A stretch of DNA of 64,000 bases, taken from assembly GCF_006345805.1 (NCBI RefSeq), contig NC_043005.1, forward strand, positions 60,016,001 through 60,080,000, written 5' to 3'. The DNA is from Octopus sinensis (Eukaryota). Positions 26,406-39,365 of the stretch are shown one piece after another (position 1 is the stretch's first letter; the number at the start of each line of letters is the position of its first letter). Below the pieces are notes generated by a model. The model saw only the letters and a program-made list of their open reading frames with translations, did not search any database and had not been told where the DNA came from. The position numbers were made by a program, and so were the translations under genes.

Positions 26406-26853
26406 GGCGCAGGTGTGGCTGCTTAGTAAAATAAATAATTCCCAAGCATATGGTTTTGTGTTCAGCACTACTGCGTGCTCCTTGGGCAAGTGTCATCTAC
26501 TACAGCCTTGGGCTAACCAACAAAGACTTGTGAGAGGATTTAGTAGTTGGAAACTGAAAGAAGCCTGTCGCATATATATATGTTTGTATGTGTATATATA
26601 TATATGTGTGTATGTGTGTATGTGTGTATTGTGTCTGTTTGTCCCTCCATTACTGCTTGACAATCAGTCTTGCTGTTTTTATTTCCCCGTAAGTTAGCAG
26701 CACAGCAAGACAGCCGCTAAGTTATAAGTACCTGGTTTTAAGAAAATAAGGCCTGGAGTCAATTTGTTTAAGGTAAACCCTCCAATGTGGTGTTCCAGTA
26801 TGACCGCAGTCAAGTGACTGAAAGAAGTAAAAGAATTCAAGAAAAGAATAAAT
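26406..26853 (+). mobile_element. Diverged SINE family A copy
   Basis: ggcgcaggtgtggctg...cttgggcaagtgtc...ggaaactgaaagaagcc...cagtcaagtgactgaaa. Confidence 0.85.
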
Positions 26854-26896
<43 letters not shown>

Positions 26897-26900
<4 letters not shown>

Positions 26901-27118
26901 AATCAGTAAATGGTTGGGTTGTGTTGACCGCACGTGGAAAATGATAGGAGAAGAAAAATTATTAGGCAGAATGCTAAATTGAAAGTAAATTTTAATAAAA
27001 ATGGGTGTATGGAAACTTAAAAAAATATGTTTTCTTTTTAAATTTTCCATACACTCATTTTTATTAAAATTTACTTTCAATTTAGCATTCTGCCTTATAA
27101 TTTTTTCTCTCCTATATA
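26897..27118. repeat. Inverted repeat, ~80-bp arms (26944-27024 / 27035-27115), inside (TA)n
   Basis: aggcagaatgctaaattgaaagtaaattttaataaaaatg versus catttttattaaaatttactttcaatttagcattctgcct; a few mismatches toward the arm ends. Confidence 0.92.
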
Positions 27119-27138
27119 TGTATATATATCTATATATA

Positions 27139-27755
<617 letters not shown>

Positions 27756-28199
27756 CCATTAATATTTTATTGTAAATTACTTCTATTTTCACTGTTTTTG
27801 TGTCTTTCGTCAAACTCCTATCGTGATCCGTCATTTTTTTCATTGGATACTTTCAATATTTATTCTCTCTTTCACATTTGATTACTTATCCTTTTTCGTT
27901 TTTTAAATCTTTTTCCTTTCTTTTACTTATATTCTTTATTAACCATGTTTTGACACGTTCACACACGCCTTTCACCATCTTGTCTTCCTAACGTGCCCCA
28001 ATCATCTTTGACAGTTACAAAATATGCTACTTTTGCATTAGTTTTGTAATGAAATTTTGTTTCTCTGACTTCTCGCTCCGCCATCAGCACCTGACAACAA
28101 ATTTGCCGGTTCACACATTTATCCCACCTTTCCTCCCATTTCACAATCGTACCCTCAACCACTTCATCATATCTTCGCATATAGTATGATTACATATAC

Positions 28200-28590
28200 A
28201 GACAGACTACATCGCCACATATTCGCAATCCACGCCACTTCACTTGCGCATTTAAACACCAATACGCACACACGTCACTTCCCAAAGTAAATTACACACA
28301 TCTCTCCCGGATTACGCTAATCCCCATACATGGATACTTTCGCATACGTGCACGTACCCTTTCTCCCATATTAAGCTTCCCTGTTGAAACGTATTCCTAC
28401 TTGGCCCCGTAATCTTTCACCCGTATTTTCTTATGAAACCAGTTTTTCTATTTCACTCTTCTACACTTTACTTATATGCGATTCGCCTGAAGAATCACTA
28501 GTGTCCGAAGCGTTACTTTCATTTCAGGCTTTATGCTAATAGCTAACATAATATTTATTAAAATTTGTCTATACTGTGCCATCTTACTAA
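28200..28590 (+). mobile_element. Probable Penelope-like 3' terminal segment with degenerate hammerhead-like motif
   Basis: C/T-rich strand ending in (TA)n; CTGAAGA-atcactagtgtcc-GAAGCGTT at 28487-28514. Stem I is not pairable. Confidence 0.35.
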
Positions 28591-28594
28591 GCTG

Positions 28595-28670
<76 letters not shown>

Positions 28671-28789
28671 GTGTGTGTCTCTGTGTGTATATATACAGGG
28701 TGAGAGAGAGAGAGAGCACGCGAATGTGAGCGAATGAGAGATGGAGAGATAGGTAGATAGAAAGAGAGAGAAGCAGACAGAAATATATA

Positions 28790-28836
<47 letters not shown>

Positions 28837-28879
28837 TTATTGGACGTTCAGGAAAGAGGGAAAGAAGGAGGGTTTAACG

Positions 28880-28963
<84 letters not shown>

Positions 28964-28966
28964 TGG

Positions 28967-29061
<95 letters not shown>

Positions 29062-29287
29062 GCATGTATGTTTGGCTAATACACGGAAATTTTATATCTA
29101 TTGCCAGCTTGTGATTTAAGTATATGCTGTATTGAAAGCATTGCTGTGATGGAATTGTATTACGTTTACCAAGAAATGCTCATATTTTGTCATGTGTTCC
29201 TTGTCGATCTCCATGGACACGACAATGTATGCGTATGTGTCCGAGTGTGCATGTATGTGCTTGGGAGAGATTGAGTGTGAGAGAAAG

Positions 29288-29329
<42 letters not shown>

Positions 29330-32300
29330 AAGCGTGTGTGTATGTGTAGTCTATACCTGTCAACAATATTTTCGTGAGTATTTAAATTTATGCAGATGTC
29401 AATATCGATTAAGTGGAACGGTAAATTCTGTACCCAATATATCGATCCTTTCAAATATACCAATGCAAGAAAAATCCACAATATTCTTCGTTTTCTCTTA
29501 TTTTAACTGTCATTCACGATAGCAAAGTGTTTAGCTTTTCAAATCCAGACGTAGAGTCACGCTAAGGCACTGGATTTAAAGTATCTTTAAAACATCGAAC
29601 AGAAATGATTCTAGTTTCGGTTCTTTACACTCTGCTATTTAGGCCCAGTTCTAATTTGCATTTCATTCTTTCAGGGCCGATAATATAATATACCAATAAA
29701 ATACCGTGGTGGATTTAATGAACTGACATCAAAGTTTCCCTGGATTTTTAAAGTCTAAAACTGAGTGGATCATCTTAGAAACGCTTGCATTTATGCGACA
29801 GATAAAGGTTTAGTTCTAGTCTTCTGGTTTATTATAATTATTACTTTTTTTTAGAATAGAGATATCGAATATGATTAGCTTCAAAAACATATAATAATTA
29901 CTAACATGAATATGAGATCAGAAAATTTTCACTGTTGCTTTTGCTGTTTAGATTAGGTGTTGTAAACCCTTACATAGCCCTTCAATTTGGAGGCTAATAT
30001 TTATTAATCTTTACCTGTAGTTCTCCCTTTTTCCACTTCACACTCCAGATTTTGCCTTCACATATATTGAAGGGAAATGTAGTTTTCTGTGCAGCACTAT
30101 TTATTATATAATAACAACAGCTCTATATTAATTTCACAGTAGCATTCTTCGAAACAACACTAAAGAAAATAAAACCTGTGAATAGCGACGCTAAATTTGT
30201 CAGCGTAAAATATAATTACTGCAGTGGAATTCATAAATTTCTCCCTGAGTTTCTAAACACTTTTCCCCCATTTAATATAAATAGTTGTTGTTAACTTAGT
30301 AGTTGTCAAAATTTGACTGTATCCGCTTTCAATAACAACTGCGAAACATGATCCAAATCCTAAAACAAATAGCAACCGAATTTGAAACAAGTTAAGTATG
30401 TTCGTAAGTGTTTCTAATATAAGCTCAAGGTCTGATATTTGAAGGAGATGGGCTGGTCGATGCATTTGATCCTAGTACTTGAATGATACATTATTTTAAA
30501 CCAGAAGTGTTGCGAACTCAGGATGTAAAATGTCGGATCAATCACGACAATGAATTATTCCGGCAATTCAAAGATTCCTCTAGCTCTCTGCCTTCAATTT
30601 ACAAATGGAATTAAGAAAAATATAACTATGGATTTATTTATTCTTTAAGGTATACTTTCCCAAATCAAATATCTTCTGAGAGTAATGAATTTATCCTTTC
30701 AGAAATTCGAGATATTTAGACCAAATGTGTTTTTGGTAACAAGCTCCGTGCGCTGTGTTGGAGAACGTCCTCATTCAAAGTATTAGTCACTCGACTAAAT
30801 GTACCACAATATACAATTTTATGCTCGTATCTCTATAATCAAAATATTTAGGTATATCCTATGAGAAGGTAGTATCGTACATATATATTAAGATAAAAAC
30901 ATAAACATACAAAATCTAATGTACACACAGGTAATATTGCATATGGTATATAGACATCTGCAAGTAACATGATTATTATAGTAGCATATGTATCCGTGTT
31001 ATTTATATTTCAAAGGCAATAAATTTCAGTGCAGACCATCATTAACCTAATAATACTTGCCAATATTTCAATAGTAGATAAATCTACTGAAACAGTCAAA
31101 ATTATGTTGAAACACAATTTGTCTTAATTTATTTATCTCTAACCTCTTCGCTTCGAAAAATCAAAGTGCTTTATCAAAACTGTCTCGTAATCATTCAGGA
31201 TTAGAAAATGACATACTGTCACAATAAAAATAGGACATTTTGAATAAGGTAATCTTTGAAACAACATACCTGAAAGAAAAATATGGCAAGGTCATGATTA
31301 GAACACTTTTTCCCCATTTAGTGTTCAATGCGAACTACCCAGAGGTTCAACGTTAACAACAGGAATGAATTTTGTGACATATGTTCTTAAACCAGTTTTG
31401 ATTTGTAAACGTCTGTAATCGAGGACAAATTTAACAGTTACTCTTTTATATTTGTCCGCCTAATCTAAATATCAACGTTTGTTTATTATTATTGAGATAT
31501 TAGGTAGGTCGTTTACTGGATCACCAGCGATCAAAGTTTCCCTGTGATCTCTCTCTCTCTCTCTCCCTCTCTCTCTTTCTCTGACGTTTTATCTCATTAT
31601 TTCTATTTGATTACAACGACGAAGCAAACGGAATCCGAAATTTTAGACTTCCTCATTGTTAGTGATGATTGTGTTCAAAGTATCGGTCTATAGATAAAAG
31701 TCTTTATCTAGGTCACTGCAATATTAATGACAGCATGTGTAACCTTCAGGTAGCTGATATTTTAGCGTATGGTCCAAAGCGTGACGGACATAAAATGTGT
31801 ACTTTGAGATGTTAAGGAATTAGCCAGCAGTCGATTATACTCTTCTCTGCAATACTGATCGAGGACAGGAATATCAGATGTTTGGTCTGCAATCACAAAA
31901 AATCAACAAATACAAAGCAAATATTCAACAAACAAGCTTAGGAAACAACAAAAATGCACAGTAAACCGTCTAAAATAGCTCAGTGTTTCATACTTTTTAG
32001 TTATCAAACTCTAATGGGAAGTTAAAACTTTGACACAAAACACATTTATGCAAGCCATTGACTTAAGGTCCAGAGGAAAGGCATGAAACATAACATAATA
32101 AAGAGAGTTCCTTTAAGACAATTCATCAAAAACAAAAATAAAATCATGTTTTTTTGTTATCATTCGCTAGATAAAATTTTTATTAAAAAGTATTTTTAAT
32201 GATAAAATTATACTTCGCAGAGGGTAAAAGTTTCGTTGATTTTAGATAGTTTACACAACACGTTAGCATGATAGAAACATACCACGTAATCTGGCGTTGC

Positions 32301-32483
32301 AAGCAAAGTTAGTAGAGAAACAGGTGTAAAGAATCATTAAAGATGTATTAAAGGATTTCTTTGTGTTATAATTTGCATTATGGTTTACTCTTAGCTACAC
32401 CAACACAAAGGTTTTGTCGTACAGTACAACCGTCGGTTTACCACATCTTCAAACATGTGCCGAGAGTGATAAAAATATATATT

Positions 32484-32570
32484 GTGGGGATGCGGGGCTT
32501 AGTGGTTAGGGTGTTGAACTCATGATCGTAAGGTTGTGGTTTCGATTCCTGGACCAGGTTTGTTACCCTT
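32484..32570 (+). mobile_element. tRNA-like SINE family C, 5' fragment
   Basis: ggcttagtggttagggtgttgaactcatgatcgtaaggttgtggtttcgattcctggacc (A and B boxes); homologous to 32934-33092. Confidence 0.75.
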
Positions 32571-32933
32571 CAGTAGTGAAAAAAATAACCAGCAAATTTT
32601 TACACAGTGGAAAATTCATGATCTAACCAAATACACACACACTCGCACATGCACACTCGTGCATGCATGCATACACACACACACACACTCTCTTACATTC
32701 ATGCACTCACATATAGAAACAAGCAAATACATACAGAATCACTCACTTATATACACACACGCACACACACATATACATGCACACTCATACACTGACATGC
32801 ACGCATACGCGCATGCGCATGCATGCTCTGCACCACATTATCCAAACAGTATGAATTACAAATTCACATGAACACACACACATGAATAGATTTATATGTG
32901 CAAACACAACACACACACTGTGCATATGTGTGT

Positions 32934-33092
32934 GTGGGAAGATGCACGACTTAGTGGTTAGGGTGTTGCATTCATGATTGCGATGTCGTGGTTTCGATTC
33001 CCAGACCGGGCGTTGCATTGTGTTCTTGAGCAAAACACTTCATTTCACATTGCACCAGTCTACTCAGCTGACAAAAATGAGTAATCCTGCGT
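32934..33092 (+). mobile_element. tRNA-like SINE family C
   Basis: acttagtggttagggtgttgcattcatgattgcgatgtcgtggtttcgattcccagaccggg...gttcttgagcaaaacacttcatttcac...aaatgagtaatcctgcg. Confidence 0.78.
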
Positions 33093-33686
33093 GAGTGATA
33101 AAAATGAAACATTCAGTCAACATCATGGTATATTGTGATGGCAACGTTATGCCTCCACTCATCTTCCCACACGGCCTCAGACTTAACACGGAGGCATACA
33201 TCAAAATCTGCCCTGGATCAAGAGGGTGGCTGCTGGAAGACCTAATGTCTGGCAACAGGATTCTGCACCATGCCACACAAGCAGGAGAACCATGGCATAA
33301 CTCTGATATTTTCTGCGATCAAACCACCCCTAACATGTGGTCACTTAATTTCCGAGACTGCAAACCCTTTGATTATTATGTGTGGGGCGCAGTTGAGCGG
33401 GAGACCAACAAAACTCCTTGTAACAAAAAGGTAAACTGAAGGAAAAGATAATGGCAACATTCACCAACTTAAACAAGGAGATCATCGGAAAGAGTTGCAG
33501 GAGATTCTGAAGTCGTTAGGAGGTCATGGCTGAACCTATTGGCAAATTATATTGAATATGTTTACTCATTAATATATCAAGATATTTTTAATGTAATTTT
33601 GGTAAATATATCTGTTAAAATGAGATGTCAGTGTTATCTTCCTTTTTGCGTAATTTAGACGACAATATATTCCCCGCACCCTGCAT
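33093..33686 (+). mobile_element. Decayed DD37D/maT-type transposon 3' half
   Basis: DGNVMPPLIFPHGLRLNTEAYIK, caggattctgcaccatgccac (QDSAPCH), DCKPFDYYVWGAVERETNK; ends in TIR-like gcaccctgca. Confidence 0.85.
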
Positions 33687-34092
33687 TTATATTATCTATA
33701 TGTATGTATATTAAGCAGCGTGTACATCTACCCATGTGCCATCCTTTTGATTCTACCCTATGCGCATGTCTATATGCGCATACTTTTTTCTACCTCAGGC
33801 TAGAACTTTTCATAGCCGTCTTATGCAAACGTTCTCACTCATATCGCCTATATGTTCTCAAAATGTAACTTTCCCAAATACAGAGCACTTCATATGAGGT
33901 ATCTGTAGGATGTTATCCTGGTACTCAACTAAAAGTCCACCGAAACATTACAGCAGCAAGAGCTGTAAACTAACGAAGTTCATTACATAACATTTAGTTT
34001 TATCAGGTGTCTTCTTGTTTTCTAAACGGTTATTGAGTTTTACACCAGGTTATTACTTTCCCTATGACTAAGCGAAATATTAAATTATATAC

Positions 34093-34152
<60 letters not shown>

Positions 34153-34158
<6 letters not shown>

Positions 34159-34312
34159 AGTCTTTTTTACTTATCATATATTGTTTATTCATTTTTGTAC
34201 GTTTTGTGATCTAGGTATATGTTTTATAGTATATTTTATTTTTTCTTTATGATATGGTTTATGTCTATCGTTGTTTGAATTACATAATAGTGGTTTTTCT
34301 CTAATTTATATA
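34153..34312 (+). mobile_element. 3' fragment of the same short element family as 53255-53650 and 56335-56640
   Basis: Ends cataatagtggtttttctctaattta(TA)n, versus cataatagtggttttgtctctaattta on the minus strand at 56345-56372. No hammerhead retained. Confidence 0.6.
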
Positions 34313-34580
34313 TATATATACAAACACAAAATGCGGACTGGACTATCAAACAAGTAATAATCGACACATATTCATTCATTTATTATACATATACTTCTAT
34401 GCTCTCATATGTCTGTTGCTACTACAACGATAGCTTGATATATCGTTCAAGAGAGTAGTATCGATAATAAATATTGGCATAAGAGCGTAAACATTCAGCA
34501 TACTATAAAACTTACCAGAGGTATCAAATTTGAGATGAAGTACATGGTAAGAATTATAACATACCACCACCACCACCACC

Positions 34581-34610
<30 letters not shown>

Positions 34611-34613
<3 letters not shown>

Positions 34614-35168
34614 GCCCTGATGCAGTACCAGGCAGTGGCTCTCATGGCTTCTGATCTTAACTGATTAGAACTGTTATCATGTACATTGTTTTGTCTTGGT
34701 ATAAAAGATGGGCTACAGCAAATATTCTGCTCAATACCACATATCTACTTGTCAGTTGTTTGACCTTAACCAGTTGAGCACGTCCCTTAGTGGCTGACGA
34801 TATGTGTATCTCTGATCACGAGAAGTAGTGGGGGGGCATCATAGCCGTGTGTTGAACGGAATTCTTGGAGGTTTGAATAATTCACCTTTGGAAACATGGG
34901 TGGTTCGTTCAACATCCCTGAACAATCCTTATTCAGGGACCGTATGAGCGGGATGGACTACTCGACCAGAAGAATTTTCTAGCTGAGCCCTAACTGCAAG
35001 GTCATGCGCTGTTTATCTTGATATGAGATGACCATATCGCGCACATAAGGTTGTGATGCATGTGACTGGTGTACCCTTATCAGACGGGTAGTCATGATGG
35101 GTATACTGGACTTCATATATTTTACCCCAGTGTCATTTTGATGGCATGCACTGCTCTCTCACTCAATG

Positions 35169-35170
<2 letters not shown>
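34611..35170 (+). mobile_element. ~550-bp non-coding element inserted in (TAA)n
   Basis: Flanked by (TAA)n on both sides; homologous to 16024-17225 and 35413-35562. Confidence 0.82.
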
Positions 35171-35213
<43 letters not shown>

Positions 35214-35237
35214 TAATTATAATTATTATTATTATTA

Positions 35238-35315
<78 letters not shown>

Positions 35316-35349
35316 TATTATTGTTATTATTATTGTTGTTATTATTATT

Positions 35350-35393
<44 letters not shown>

Positions 35394-35412
35394 CATTATT
35401 ATTATTATTATT
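35168..35412. repeat. (TAA)n switching polarity to (TTA)n near 35215
   Basis: Directly visible. Confidence 0.95.
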
Positions 35413-35562
35413 GTTAAGGTCAAACAACTGACAAGTAGATATGTGGTATTGAGCAGAATATTTGCTGTAAGCCCATATTTTATACCAAGACAAAACAATG
35501 TACATGATAACACTGCCAATCAGTTATGATGAGAAGACATGAGCGCCACTGTCTGGTACTGC

Positions 35563-36010
35563 GGAATTGCAAAATCATGTGGCTGCAATGACCCAGAGCG
35601 ATTATTCGACCAGACATCGGAAACCGGACATCGTTGTGGTGAATAAAAAGAAAGAACGACTTAGCTTGCCCAGGAGACAACAGCATCAATGCGAAAGAAG
35701 AAGAAAATATAAACACTATGACTAGTTGAAGTAGGAAATACGAAGTTTGTAGTCAATCTAGAAAGTAGACGTGATACGATTAGTAATTGGTGCACTTGGA
35801 AATATCAGAACTCAACTACCAATATGGCTGAAAAAGATTGATGCAAGTGTGAAGGTAGAACACTTACAAAAATCAGCATTGCTTCGAACTGGAAGAATTC
35901 TTCGCAGGGTTCTTGAAGCATGACCAGTAAACAAATGTCACCATAGTCTACTGGCTGTGGACAGCTTACACTTTCCATCATACACAGCAAGATAAGCTGT
36001 GAGTTTTCAT

Positions 36011-36046
<36 letters not shown>

Positions 36047-36072
36047 GTAATAATAATAATAATAATAATAAT
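35563..36072 (+). mobile_element. R4/Dong-like 3' remnant (RLE domain) with (TAA)n tail
   Basis: CKIMW, HRKPDIVVVNKKKE, PGDNSINAKEEE, VDVIRLVIGALGNIRTQLPIWLKKIDASVKVEHLQKSALLRTGRILRRVLEA*, then 3' UTR and (TAA)n. Confidence 0.88.
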
Positions 36073-36084
36073 TCCTAATGTAAA

Positions 36085-36274
36085 CAGGGCATTAGACGTT
36101 TACATTGACGCCAGGACTTTGCTGGTACTTTATCTTATTGAGCTAGAAAGAATGGAAGGCCAAGTTGTGTCCTGAAGGGGCTTGAGTTTAGAACATGAAA
36201 AAAAAAAGCAGAGTAAATTTTATACCGAAAAAGATTGTCCAACGCGTTAAAGAATTGTCAGCTCACCACCTTTA
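36085..36274 (-). mobile_element. Diverged SINE family B copy
   Basis: Reverse complement begins aaaggtggtgagctgacaa and contains ataagataaagtaccagc...gtcaatgtaa. Confidence 0.6.
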
Positions 36275-36282
36275 AAAATATG

Positions 36283-36397
36283 TAACCCGGGTGAGGATTG
36301 AACTCACAACCCGCGTATAGCTTTCACTCTGTGAGTTGAATCACAAGGATTTTATTGTCAATAAGTACGGCACGCTAACCGATTGTGCTACCGGGGC
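36283..36397 (-). tRNA. Intron-containing tRNA-Ile(TAT)-like sequence, probably a pseudogene
   Basis: GCCCCGG TA GCAC AATCGGTTA GCGT G CCGTA CT TAT T [41-nt intron 36359-36319] A TACGC GGGTT GTGAG TTCAATC CTCAC CCGGGTT A, followed by a T5 terminator. Lesions: C2.U71, D-stem A.C, C27.C43, T at position 37. Confidence 0.75.
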
Positions 36398-38058
36398 AGC
36401 TGGTACGTATAGTGATAAATATACTGTTAGTGAGAAAATTAGAGTTATATATTAAATTAATATAATTGATCAAATCATCAGAGGTATATTTGCTGAGTGA
36501 ATGTAGTAATATTGAGCTAATGCAATAGAGAATTGATGGATTTAAACCTTACATGAATTTAATTGTGTTATTAATGTCATTATTGTGTAAGTTGATTTTA
36601 TCAGTGTCATTTGGTCATGTACAAACATATATATGTGAATTTAGCTGCTATAACAATGCATCGTATAGATACTTAGCAATTATCGTTATAAACGAGCAAC
36701 ATAAATCAGAATAACCAATTCAATCATTATAATATAATGAGTCAATGCATCAAAAGGGACCTGTTCCATTTTGAATTTATAATATTAATGTTATTATCAA
36801 TTGCGAGTAGATTTAGTGAAAGTCATTTGTACATACGTATGTATACGTATAGATGTATGTATGTCTAGAAATGTAATATTGTTCATAATATCAGCTTAAA
36901 TATAATTATAATTTCTTCATTTCCTTAATAAATAAATATCCAAGAATAAAATGTACGCTTGCATTAATTTATCTATTCGTTCTTTCTTGCTTAATAACCT
37001 TTAATCTGTCCTTACAATCCCCCGTGCTTAACGTTGCTAATTTTTGTTTAGCGCATTTCCTTCTCATACTTAGCTCCAGGGATATACAAATTGCCCCTAA
37101 TAAACACAGGAATAAAAATTAGAGGCTCTACTTATTTCTTATCCTATGAAAAATATAAAAATAAACCTGCGTATCTAGATTTCTTCCAACATATACACAA
37201 CGCGTTAAAGAATTGTCAGCTCACCACCTTTAATAATATGTACCCCGGGTGAGGATTGAACTCACATCCCGCGTATAGCTTTCACACGTGGTGTATACGT
37301 TTCTTTCACTCGCATACATAGGCACACATAAATTATACATATATACACTATAGGCGCAGGAGTGGCTATGACATGACCCCAAAATCAGTTAGCTATTTAC
37401 AATATTACACTTTATTTTATAAGTTATACTTTTAGATTTTTGAACCAAATATATACATTGTTATAAAGGTTGTATGTTTAATATTAGATTTAGAAAGTAA
37501 GCGGATATAAAAGCGCGTTCTTTTAAACTAATTGTTGTCGATGCGTAATACATATTGACATTCTAACGGGTTCATGTGGTACATTTGTAAGCAATTTTAC
37601 GCAGGTAATTCCAATTTAAGGGGCAATTATATGCCGCCAAATACTTATACCTTTATCGACTTCCCTAACATATTGAGAATAATTCACTGATAGAAGACCG
37701 CTAATGTCAATATTAGCAACATGACTCATATAACAATTGTCGAAGCTACTATTCGCTCAAATATAGACATTGCGCAGAAAGCAATAGTTGATGTTATCGA
37801 CCCAGATACTTGACGAGAAATCTATTCAACGTATCCGAAAGAATGAAAGAGAAGGATAACCAGCGATCGATTTGAGTGGAAGATGAAAAACGTCGTAATA
37901 AGCACTGCTAACCATTTTCCAGCGTTCTACTTATTTCTCATTCTATGGAAAATATAGAAATAAACCAGCGTAGCTAGATTTGTTCCAACATATACACAAC
38001 GCGTAAATATACACGTGGTGCATACGTTTCTTTCACACGCAGACATAAGCACACGTAT

Positions 38059-38143
<85 letters not shown>

Positions 38144-38330
38144 GGCGTAGGAGTGGCTACGTGATAAGTAGCTTGCTTACCAACTACATGGTCCCAGGTT
38201 CAATCCCACTGCGTGGCACCTTCGGAAAAAGTCGCTTACAAAGAATAAGTCCTTGGGTCGATTCGTTCGACTAAAGGCGGTGCTCCAGTATGCCCGCAGT
38301 CAAATGATTAAAATTAATAAAAGAATAAAA
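38144..38330 (+). mobile_element. Internally deleted SINE family A copy
   Basis: 5' ggcgtaggagtggctacgtgataagtagcttgcttaccaac joined to 3' cttacaaagaataagtcc...ggcggtgctccagtatg. Confidence 0.85.
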
Positions 38331-38539
38331 TAATATAAACGCAGGCAATGCGTTTGCGCACTCACATGATAACCGTAGACATTCTTACATCAACATGGTT
38401 ACCGCACATATACATACCAGTACATGTAACGCATATCAATCCACTTAATGACGCACCGGGTCATTTACACACGTACACACACACAAGCACATATTTTTCA
38501 GCTCTCTCACACATGCATACTCACAGACTCACCATTCAC

Positions 38540-39365
38540 ACGTTTACCGTTTCATTCCGTTCAAGCATTTCGTAATGGATAATCCCTTCTCAGTCCCACC
38601 TACGCACGACATCGTTTTACTCGATGAAAATCTTGTTTCGTGCGCGGTGTCACTTGTTTACCGGGACTAAGCCATTCCTTACGCTGCTTCATATTGATGT
38701 ACAGGCACCATTTTTGTCGCCAGTAACGATCCAGTAAAGAAATCGATGCTTGTGTCCATGAGCTGAGCGTTGACAAGCAAGCAAACCAGCAGATATTGTG
38801 GCTCGTTGATTTTTGTTGTCGTTACTTAAAGCATACGGAACCCATGCTCCATACTTCTGAACCTTTCCCATCGAGTGAAGATGTTTCTCTATAGCAGTGT
38901 GGGAGCATGCCATTTTCTCTGCTAGTTCCCTTGTTTGACGAGAATTTTCGTGCAAAAGTTGGTTTAATCGCTCTTTATCAAACTCAACTGGACGGCCAGT
39001 ACGAGGTGTGTCTTTGAGGTCAACATTTCCATTTTCGAACTTGGCATACCAATCACGCGTGGTTCTTTCAGTTATGGCACTGTCTCCATACACAGCACAA
39101 ATATCGAGAGCAGCTTTTGCAGCCTTAGAACCTTGATTAAAAGCAAAAAGAAGGAGGTGTCGAAAATGTTCGTTCTTATTAACTTGACATTTCATTTTAA
39201 TGATCTGAAAATAAACAAAAATTTAGGAGAAAAGAAAACAAACAAAATAGATTCCATAATGATTCAAAAATAGAATTCTCGAACAAAATAGATTCCAAAA
39301 TTTAAAAACGCTATGAATTCCAAAATTTAAAGAAAAACGGCGGAAACTTAGTTGCCAACCCAATA
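38540..39365 (-). mobile_element. 3'-truncated mariner (Mos1/SETMAR-like transposase N-terminal half)
   Basis: ORF 38689-39195: EHFRHLLLFAFNQG..AA..IC.VYG, W..KF..G, GRP, WVPYAL, IVTGDK. 5' TIR tattgggttggcaactaagtttccgccg. Confidence 0.93.

Noticed and set aside
27959-28180. KWEERWDKCV resembles a mariner C-terminus
   Set aside because: Isolated match with no upstream YSPDL-type motif or TIR.
30015-30086. 72-nt open minus-strand segment between AG and GTAAAG (KTTFPFNICEGKIWSVKWKKGELQ)
   Set aside because: The acceptor has no polypyrimidine tract and the peptide is unrecognised; compatible with chance.
34611-34700. Possible HDV-like ribozyme at the 5' end of the 550-bp element
   Set aside because: Two hairpins can be drawn, but there is no room for the nested P2/P3/L3 pseudoknot.
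36326-36340. 15-mer (actctgtgagttgaa) resembling primate alpha satellite
   Set aside because: Too short, lies within the tRNA intron, and is better explained by similarity to the T-arm; no flanking alphoid sequence.
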